From NCBI GenBank assembly GCA_044892525.1, contig CM097885.1:236346001-236410000 (forward strand): 64,000 nucleotides of DNA. The letters run 5' to 3'. Numbering within the stretch: position 1 is the stretch's first letter; every line of letters starts with the position of its first letter. Source of the stretch: Schmidtea polychroa. Taxonomy: Eukaryota. The position numbers and the translations under genes are program-made. The notes beneath the pieces were generated by a model. The model ran no database searches, had not been told where the DNA came from, and saw nothing but the letters and a program-made list of their open reading frames with translations. Shown here one piece after another: positions 26,501 to 37,500 of this stretch.

Positions 26501-29500
26501 TTAATTACAGTTCCATTTAAAACTTTGGAACGATGTATAATATCTAAATGTGGGTGTTTTAATACGTAATTATCTATTAATTGTTTGTTATTGTCATAAG
26601 AAAAAACGTTAATTATTAAGCCTGGATTTTTGGCCTCGAATTTTCTAATATCTTTTAATTTCATGGGTAAGTCCAATGGATTATATATTAATTCAGATAA
26701 ATTATAACTGGATCTCCTATTTCTAGCATAACTACTAACCTCATCATATTTTAAAATAGCTAAAATGCTATATAAAAAACATGAATCATCGGTGTTTTTT
26801 ATATTAATTAAACAATATTTATTTTTTAGATAAGTAGGTAGTTCAATGAAACTCCTACCACTTAATCTACTTAGCCTACTTATCTTTGTTATGGTGAAGT
26901 GAATTTCTGTTATTTTTTTTATGATCCAGCTACTTCCTAACTCTGTGATATTACTTATTTTCTCGTTTAGTTCCCTAATGCCTTCGTCAAAAAATGATGC
27001 AGTTAAAGGCTTTGCATAATTTGAGATATTATTAACCTTTATTTCCCCGTCTTTTTCAAATTCGATTGTTATTCCGAATTGAATTTTGACGGAGCCTAAT
27101 TCGTTAATAATATCTCGTAATTTTTTTATTAGTTGTTCAGGAAATATTATTTCTTTTATATTTAAGTCGCTTGTATTTAAGCTTAATATTTGATGGGTAC
27201 CTCTTAGATCTTTTTGTATTATTGGAACATTTCCACCTATTTGTATTATATTTAATCCATCCCAAGAGTCAAGGGAAATATTATCTAATCCGACCTGGGA
27301 TTCAACAACCAATCCATCATGGGATTCGACAACCAATCCATCATTGGATTCCACAAAAGGCAATCCGACCTGGGATTCAAAAGAAGAAGTATCTAATTTA
27401 ATTTTTTAATTTTTATTATTTTTTTCTATAGTTGAGGGTCTTTTAAAAACACTATCTTTTTTAAAATTAAACCTATCTAAATGATTTTTATGTTTATTAT
27501 AAAAAACGCTATATGTTACGGGGTCACTAGTCTTACATACGGGACATATTTTAAAACACATTTTGACGCTAAAGTTGACTTATTTAACATTTTCATAATA
27601 ATTTAATAAAAATAATGTGATGAACCCACAAAGTAATATCATTTTTCATCAAATTGCAAAACAGTAATAACGTTTTCATAAAATTGTAACAAAGTAATAA
27701 CATATTTCAGATAAATTTTCAACAGTTGTAAAATATTTAAGCAAATTGTAACAAGATTAGAAAATATTACAACAAAGTAGTAACATATTTCAGAAAATTT
27801 CAACAAATTTGTAAAATATTTATCAAATTGTAACTAAAATAATAAAAATATTGCAACAAAGTAATAAAATAATAATGGTAATTAAGACAAATCAATACAT
27901 TATTTCGAAGACGGACAACAAATTAAAAAGAATATTGTAACTAAAATAATAAAAATATTGCAACAAAGTAATAAAATAATACAACATTTTAAACTCTAGA
28001 TCAATCCATTTTATAGAAAATTAAATTTTATCTATATAATATATGAATAAATATCCAAGGAAATTACGTTAACGTATAATAAATACAAATTTATCGTAAA
28101 AACATGTGTGTATTACACACAAAACAAGATACATAATTTCTAATCAATCCATTTTATAGAAAATTAAATTTTATCTATATATTATATGAATAAAATCCTA
28201 AGAAAATTACGTTAACTGTATGAAAAATACAAATTTATCGTAAAAACATGTGTGTATTACACACAACATACGAGACATAATTTTTAATCAAGCTATTTTA
28301 TAGAAAATTAAATTTTATCTATATATTAAATGAATAAAAATCCAAGAAAATAACGTTAAGCGCGCGAAAAAATACAAATTTATTGTAAAAACATGTGTGC
28401 ATTACACACAAAGCACCAAACTGAAATTGTAATTGCGCCGTGTTGTAGAGAATTAAATTCTGCCTATACATTGTTACACTTAAATTTCGATCAGACCTGT
28501 GAAAAGAGACATAAAAGAGAAAGAACAGTAGAGTAGTATGATGTGTCCCCTCCCGGCCATGTCCCCTCCAGATCACATATACCCCCTCCCCCCCCGGGGA
28601 AAAAAATTTTTTTAGAACGATGCCTCATATTTTTAGAACTATTACGTAATCGATGCCTAATATTTTTAGAACGGTGCCACATATTTTTAGAACTATTACG
28701 TAATCGATGCCACATATTTTTAGAACGATGCCATATTATTAGTGGCCCAGCGGGCTCACACTTTTTTTCATCCCAAAAGTTAATGTTCCCGCCATCAGAT
28801 TTTATTGGACGATACCTCATCTTAAAGCTCAGTCCAAGACCTTTCGAATGAGCTATAGGTATTTTATATATCTTTAATAGTTTTAATGTTATTAACAATT
28901 ATTGACCACCATCTTTTCAAAGTTAAATTATTATTATTTGTCAAAATATTATTAATTGGCCCAGCGGGCTCCTACTTTTTTCATCTCAAAGATTAATGTT
29001 CCCGCCAACATATTATATTGATCGATAGCTTATTTTAAAGCTCTGTGCAAGAACTTTCTAATGAGATATAGATTTTTATCATACGATGACTCATCACATT
29101 TTTAGAACAAAGACAATGACTCATCATATTTTTAGAACGATGTCTAATATTTTTAGAACGATTACGTCATATTTTTAGAACGATGCCTAATATTTTTAGA
29201 ACGATGCCTAATACTTTTAGAACGATTCCTAATATTTTTAGAACGATGCCAAATATTTTTAGAATGGTGCCTAATATTTTTAGAACTATTACGTAATTTT
29301 TTTTTAAAATTATTTGGTCCAGCGGTGACCTACTTTTTTTCTTCCCAAAAGTAATGTTTCCATCATCCGAATTTATTAATCAAACACTTATTTTAAAGCC
29401 CAGTGCAAAATCTATATACTGATATATAAATATTATTATTAACATTATTTTACACACGGGGGGGGGGAGAGGGTATATGTGGCCGAGCGGGCTCCTGGCC

Positions 29501-32500
29501 AGGCGGGCCCCAATCATACTACTCTACTGTTCTTTCTCTTTTATGTCTCTTTTCACAGGTCTGATCGAAATTTAAGTGTAACAATGTATAGGCAGAATTT
29601 AATTCTCTACAACACGGCGCAATTACAATTTCAGTTTGGTGCTTTGTGTGTAATGCACACATGTTTTTACAATAAATTTGTATTTTTTCGCGCGCTTAAC
29701 GTTATTTTCTTGGATTTTTATTCATTTAATATATAGATAAAATTTAATTTTCTATAAAATAGCTTGATTAAAAATTATGTCTCGTATGTTGTGTGTAATA
29801 CACACATGTTTTTACGATAAATTTGTATTTTTCATACAGTTAACGTAATTTTCTTAGGATTTTATTCATATAATATATAGATAAAATTTAATTTTCTATA
29901 AAATGGATTGATTAGAAATTATGTATCTTGTTTTGTGTGTAATACACACATGTTTTTACGATAAATTTGTATTTATTATACGTTAACGTAATTTCCTTGG
30001 ATATTTATTCATATATTATATAGATAAAATTTAATTTTCTATAAAATGGATTGATCTAGAGTTTAAAATGTTGTATTATTTTATTACTTTGTTGCAATAT
30101 TTTTATTATTTTAGTTACAATATTCTTTTTAATTTGTTGTCCGTCTTCGAAATAATGTATTGATTTGTCTTAATTACCATTATTATTTTATTACTTTGTT
30201 GCAATATTTTTATTATTTTAGTTACAATTTGATAAATATTTTACAAATTTGTTGAAATTTTCTGAAATATGTTACTACTTTGTTGTAATATTTTCTAATC
30301 TTGTTACAATTTGCTTAAATATTTTACAACTGTTGAAAATTTATCTGAAATATGTTATTACTTTGTTACAATTTTATGAAAACGTTATTACTGTTTTGCA
30401 ATTTGATGAAAAATGATATTACTTTGTGGGTTCATCACATTATTTTTATTAAATTATTATGAAAATGTTAAATAAGTCAACTTTAGCGTCAAAATGTGTT
30501 TTAAAATATGTCCCGTATGTAAGACTAGTGACCCCGTAACATATAGCGTTTTTTATAATAAACATAAAAATCATTTAGATAGGTTTAATTTTAAAAAAGA
30601 TAGTGTTTTTAAAAGACCCTCAACTATAGAAAAAAATAATAAAAATTAAAAAATTAAATTAGATACTTCTTCTTTTGAATCCCAGGTCGGATTGCCTTTT
30701 GTGGAATCCAATGATGGATTGGTTGTCGAATCCCATGATGGATTGGTTGTTGAATCCCAGGTCGGATTAGATAATATTTCCCTTGACTCTTGGGATGGAT
30801 TAAATATAATACAAATAGGTGGAAATGTTCCAATAATACAAAAAGATCTAAGAGGTACCCATCAAATATTAAGCTTAAATACAAGCGACTTAAATATAAA
30901 AGAAATAATATTTCCTGAACAACTAATAAAAAAATTACGAGATATTATTAACGAATTAGGCTCCGTCAAAATTCAATTCGGAATAACAATCGAATTTGAA
31001 AAAGACGGGGAAATAAAGGTTAATAATATCTCAAATTATGCAAAGCCTTTAACTGCATCATTTTTTGACGAAGGCATTAGGGAACTAAACGAGAAAATAA
31101 GTAATATCACAGAGTTAGGAAGTAGCTGGATCATAAAAAAAATAACAGAAATTCACTTCACCATAACAAAGATAAGTAGGCTAAGTAGATTAAGTGGTAG
31201 GAGTTTCATTGAACTACCTACTTATCTAAAAAATAAATATTGTTTAATTAATATAAAAAACACCGATGATTCATGTTTTTTATATAGCATTTTAGCTATT
31301 TTAAAATATGATGAGGTTAGTAGTTATGCTAGAAATAGGAGATCCAGTTATAATTTATCTGAATTAATATATAATCCATTGGACTTACCCATGAAATTAA
31401 AAGATATTAGAAAATTCGAGGCCAAAAATCCAGGCTTAATAATTAACGTTTTTTCTTATGACAATAACAAACAATTAATAGATAATTACGTATTAAAACA
31501 CCCACATTTAGATATTATACATCGTTCCAAAGTTTTAAATGGAACTGTAATTAATTTACTATTATTAAATAAAGGAAACAATTTCCATTACGTTGCTATA
31601 AGTAATTTAAATAAGTTAATGAATTGTCATATCAACACTAGTTGTCCTACACGCATACGTTCATTATGGTGCCATCGGTGTTTGAATGGGTTTAATAATA
31701 AACACGCACTAGAAAAACATGAAATATTATGTAAACGTAATCAATTAGGAACAACTCTTTACACCTTCCCTCAAAATAAATTCTTACAGTTTACTGACTG
31801 GTCGAAAACAGTAACTCCTCCTTTTGTAGTTTATGCCGATTTTGAGGCTATTTTACCTTCTGATAATGATCATTTTCAGCGACACATGCCAATATCTGCT
31901 GGTCTTTTACTAGTAAATAACTTTGACGGATCTAAATCTTATCAGCAGTTCATAGGTTTAGATTGCGTCGAGAGTTTTTTAAGTGCTATAGAGGATATAG
32001 CATTAAATAAGGTTCTTCCTTTTTATTATAAAATGGGTAGGAAACCAATGATTAAATTAACGAAAATTGAGCAACAACAATTCATTAATTCAACGGTTTG
32101 TTATCTTTGTTTGAAATCTATCGTGGATCCTGTTAGAGATCACGATCATTTTATGGGGAAATACTTGGGTGCAGCTTGTAGCACATGTAACGTAAATAGA
32201 AAAATAAATAAAATTTTGCCTATCGTATTTCACAACTTGAAGGGATACGATATGCACCATATACTTAAATATGGATTAAATAAATTTAAAAATTGGAATT
32301 TAGGGTGCATCCCAATAACTACGGAAAAATTTATATCTTTGATTGCTCATTTAGGTAAAATTAGCCTAAGATTCATTGATTCGTATCAATTTGTCAATGA
32401 TTCTTTGGCTAAAGCAGTCAAAACTTTGAATTCTTTGCCTTTTACTAATTCTGCTTTTTCTGGCACCATAGTAAGTGAAAAAGGAATCTTCCCTTATAAT

Positions 32501-34460
32501 TTCGCCACTTCTTTAGATATTCTCCAAACTACTTATGAATTACCACCAATCTGGGAGGGTGTCACTGAGCTTGAGTATGAAAAAGCTCAGGAGATTTGGG
32601 TAGAAACTAATTGCGTAACTTTATTAGATTATATGATGATCTACCTAAAACTTGATTGTTTTCTTTTGGCTGATTTCTTTCATCAGTTTCGGTTGAAATC
32701 CATTGCTCACAATAGATTGGAACCATTGAATTATTTCGGAATTCCAGGCATGTCTTGGTCTTCTGCATTAATGTCTTTAAATGAACCAATTGAACTCATA
32801 ACTGAAAACGAAATGTTTAGCTTTTATGAGGGTGGAATAAGAGGCGGTCTTACTTTTGTGAATAAGCATTACGTAAAAACCGACGAGAACACTGAGTTAC
32901 TATATATAGATATTAATAATCTTTATGGCTGGGCTTTAAGTCAATCATTACCTTGTGGCGAATTTTGTTGGGTTCTTGATGGATTTGATAAAATAATGGA
33001 TGAATGTAGGAATTTAAATCTTGAATCTTTGTCTTATGGATACACACTTGAAGTTGATCTTGTAATTCCTTCTGAGCTTCATGATAAGTTGGATGATTTC
33101 CCTGTAGCTGCTGAAAAAATGAAACCTGCTGGGTCTAAGGTTGAAAAATTATTATTAACTCATCTTCCAAAATCTAATTATGTTATTCATTGGAGATTAT
33201 TAAAATTATATTTGGAACTTGGTGTTAAAGTAACACGTGTAAATAGGGGTGTAAGATTTAAGCAATCACCAATTTTTAAAAAATATATAGATACAAATAC
33301 CGAATTAAGATCAAAAAGCGTAAATAGCTTAGATAAAAATTATTATAAATTGCTAAATAATAGTTTATACGGCAAAACAGTTGAAAATTTAAAGAGAAGA
33401 ATGAATCTTCGTCTTTGTACAACTGCCGGTAAATTAGTTAAATATTCGTCAAAACCGACTTTTAAAAAATCTATTAAAATAGCAGATAATTTAATTGCAG
33501 CACTATTGAATTCCGATTCTATATGTTTAGATAGACCGAGTTACATTGGTCAATCTGTACTTGATCTATCTAAACTTAGAATGTATGAATTGCAATATAA
33601 GGATCTGGAATCATTTCGCAATGAGTTTAATTGTAAAATTAATATCGTTGCAGGTGATACAGATTCTTTTTTCCTCGAAGTCATTAACTGCAAACTTGAG
33701 GTTCTTTTACCTGCAATGGTTCGAGATAATTTATTGGATACTTCCAATTACAATAGTTGTCATTCCTTATATAGTAAGAACCTTGATTCAGTCATTGGAA
33801 AGTTCAAAGACGAGAATAAAGGTCTTAAATATAAGGAGTGGGTTTTTCTTAGACCTAAATGTTATAGCTTGTTGAGTGATGAGGAAACAAAAAAGGCTAA
33901 AGGTGTAACATTGAAAGGTAGTGACATAAAACATCAGTCATACCTGGATTGTTATAACACTAACCAGATTTTTTCGGTTCCTCAGACTAAAATAACAAGC
34001 AAAAATCATCAAATTTTTACAATTAAAAACACAAAAATAGCACTAACTAACAAAGATGACAAAAGGGTTTGGGTGGGGAAAAATACTAGTCTTGCATATG
34101 GGCATGTAAGATTAAGTGAATTAAATATTGGAGAAAATGTTGGAGAAATTGTTGCAGAAAATGTTTCAGAAAATGTTGGAGAAAATGATGGAGAAGATGA
34201 GGAAGAATTAAATGAAGATTTTGGAGAAGATGACATCGATATCGATGACGTTATTTTGTCCGATGAGGACTAATTTTATTGAATAAATTTTATATCTTTA
34301 CATTTGTTATTTGGTAAATTTTTATGTTTGTTATGTGTCTAGTTCATTTTTATGTGTTTAGTTAATGTTTATATGTTTTGTTATGTGTCTAGTTATTTTT
34401 ATGTGTTTAGTTAATTTTTTATGTGTTGTATAGTATTTGGTTGATATATTATTAATATTA

Positions 34461-34504
<44 letters not shown>

Positions 34505-37500
34505 TCATAAAAATTTTCATTAAAAATTATCTTAAAAATTATTCTATTAAAATTTCCATTTAAAATTACCATTGAAAATTATTCATAAAAATTTCTATTA
34601 AAAATTACTTAAAAAATAATTCATTAAAATTTCCATTAAAAAATTTCAATTCTCAAACACCTTCTATTTTTGTTAATAAATTTAAAAATCTTACTTTAAT
34701 TTACTTATTACATTACTTTAATTTACTTATTTAAAAATTATTACTTTAATTTTAAAATTTTTGACCTTAATTAACTTTAATTTAATTTTTAGAACCATAA
34801 TTTACTTTAATTTTAAAATTTTTGACCATTATTTACTGTAATTTAATTTTTAGAACCATAATTTACTTTAATTTTAAAATTTTTGACCATTATTTACTGT
34901 AATTTAATTTTTAGAACCATTATTTACTGTAATTTAAAATATTTGGACCATTATTTACTTTAATTTAATTTTTTAGAACCATTATTTACTTTAATTTAAA
35001 AATTTGGATCATAATTTACTTTAATTTAAATTTTTGGACTGTAATTCAAAAATTTTGACCATAATTTACTTTAATTTAATTTTTAAGAACCATAATTTAC
35101 TTTAATTTAAAAATTTGGACCATAATTTACTGTAATTTAATTTTTTAGAACCATTATTTACTTTAATTGAAAAATCTTAGCCCATAATTTACTTATTTAG
35201 ACCATAATTTACTTTATTTCAAAAATAAATCTGAACCTTGATTTACTTAAATTTTTAGACCCATCATTTACTTTATTTTTAAATTTTAGACCCATAATTT
35301 GCTTTATTTTAAAAATTTACTATGCGTTTTTTTAATGTAAACCACCTTTTCTATTGAAATTCTCATGACCAAGAAGATCCCCTCACTATAGTGTGAAAAA
35401 TCCATGCTTTTTTATTGAAGACTACCTTTTTCTATTGAAATTCTCAGGACCAAGGAGACCCACCCAAATAATATTTATCCTTGGCTTGTTTATTGAAAAA
35501 AAAAAAAAAAAAAATTTGTATTTAAAATCCCAGAAAACATTGGGCATTACGGCAACAATTATGTAATCAAAAAATGTCTACGGAAAAAGTTATGCAATCA
35601 AAAGTTTGCAACATTTTTTACCCCCCCCCCCCCCCCCCCTATTGCTGCCGTAAGCCACTAACTACCTACTCTCCTCTAATATTATGTTTATATACATTAA
35701 ACATATCAAGGTCAACTAATAATTCAATGGTTTTATTTTTTTCTACTATGTCTTCATCGGTCCATATGCTATATAATAATATATCCCAAGCTAGAGAGGG
35801 AGCGGTTATATAATTATAAGGTTTTAATTCAAAAGCTTTTGAAAATGTCTCGAAGCAATCAGCTAAGATATAAACATCTAAGGAAAGATACATGTCAGTA
35901 TATTCTCCAAGGTTTCTACAGTTGAAAAGATTCCACATTTTAAGTGCACGGGAATATTCCTGATCAGAAATCCCTGATTGTGTTAAAACAGAAAAGAAAT
36001 CTTCTTGAGCTGGGAGTAATTCATTATATTTTTCAAAGGAGTCTATATAATCATATGGATAGATTCCTTTTGCTAGACAGGTATTATATTCCTCTAATGG
36101 AATATTGTTTTTTAATAACACATGTTCTTTTGTATATTTAAAATCCTCAGGGTTCATAGTTTTTGCAATGCCATCCAAAGACATCCCTAAGAAATTTAAG
36201 GAGTCCAAAAACTTAAAGCATCCATATTGAATGCTTTTATATTTTTCTTTTGTAAGTCCAATAACCTTGAAAGAGTTTTTAGCATTTGCAGCTAGATGTT
36301 TAATGAACAGGTGAATATCATAGCCAAAAAGATTGTGAAATATAAATGGTATGTGTGTTGGTTTTTTACAATTGAGATTACATTTTTTATGGGCTGCTCC
36401 TCTGTAATTATTTTCTCTTTTAAAATGATCATGGTCTGCAACCTTTGACTCCTCATCCTCAAACTCTTGTTTGCACATCCAGCAGTGTGTTGCATTTTTA
36501 TATTCTTCCTCTTGTTCTTCTGAAAAATTCATAGGAAAGTTGGATTTTAATATTATATATAATTCATGTTCTAGATTATTTAAAGTTTCAACAAAATGGT
36601 CTAGAGTCTCTTTGTCAGAAGTTCCCCTAAATGAATATTCTCTAGATTCTACAAGTTCTGGATAATTACTTTTGAAAAACATTTTATAAGCAGAGGGTAA
36701 TTGTTTTGTTAGTTTTACAGTATTAGTTTTTGTTCGTCTTAGTTTTACATTTATAGCTTCAAAATCACAATAAACCACTCCCAATGCTTCTAATAGATTG
36801 GAATAGTTTTTAAACCTCATATTAGCATTTTTCTTGTGTGGCATTTTTATTAAAGCAGGTTGATTCTTACAACAGAGTCTCTCATGTTTAATAGCAGCAA
36901 GTTTTGAACTTGAATGATATAAACATCTTTTACAACATATGCCTCCACGAATGAGTGTGTTTCCTTTCATAAAACTTTGAAAATTCTTTATTAAGATATA
37001 ATGAAGTTTTTTATCTAACATAGTGCTTTCTGCTTCTGGTTCTAATGAAATGCCTTCTTCTGCTTCTCTCCTCGGGTGAACGCTTTGAACCTCTTCACCA
37101 TATTCTTCTCCATCAAAGTCTTCGTCTGCTTTACCTTCTTCTAATATTAAAAGATCTACTTCTCTCTTTTCATCTGAGATTTCCATTTTAGAAATGTAAA
37201 TAGGAATAATTTGTTTATAATTTTTATTTTTTCTAGTTTTTGTAATTTTGGTTGGAATGAATTGATAAATATTAATTTTAAGATTATTTAATTTTTCAAA
37301 TGCTGGAACATCTTCAATTTTCATTGGGTGGGAAAAATCTTTTGGATATATTAATTCAGATTCATATTCTTCATATTTTTGAACTCTCTGTGGGTTAGTT
37401 GCTTGAGGATGTAAGTGTGCAAGTATTGACCATTGAAAACATTTATTATCTTTATTCTGTACATTTATAACATGGTTGGAGGTGAATGGTGTATGAATAA

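Larger units (their letters stand above)
22387..35670. mobile_element. 13,284-bp palindromic, pPolB-only Polinton-like element nested in the host Polinton polymerase
   Basis: Termini AGTAGGTAGTTAGT / ACTAACTACCTACT. TSD CTCCTC at 22381-22386 and 35671-35676. Inverted arms 22387-28542 and 29513-35670 with a 970-bp spacer. The only long ORFs are two mirrored pPolBs. Confidence 0.93.

Noticed and set aside
28607..29296. CRISPR-like array in the palindrome core
   Set aside because: The ~20-nt repeats are mostly adjacent, without unique 30-40-nt spacers. No cas genes, and the context is eukaryotic.
28319..29736. Short ORFs in the core (28319-28576, 28491-28898, 28543-28851, 29479-29736) as real genes
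   Set aside because: They run through tandem repeats, mostly use non-ATG starts and show no recognisable motifs.
14223..34236. Antisense and alternate-frame ORFs overlapping integrase, ATPase and pPolB genes (e.g. 14223-14582, 16819-17124, 21234-21476, 23819-24046, 33546-33875)
   Set aside because: Shadow ORFs of long coding sequences with no independent support.
22387..35670. Palindrome as a fold-back read or assembly artefact
   Set aside because: A direct 6-bp TSD flanks both ends, the host pPolB rejoins in frame across it, the centre is a unique 970-bp spacer and the arms differ by point substitutions. Raw reads are still needed for final proof.
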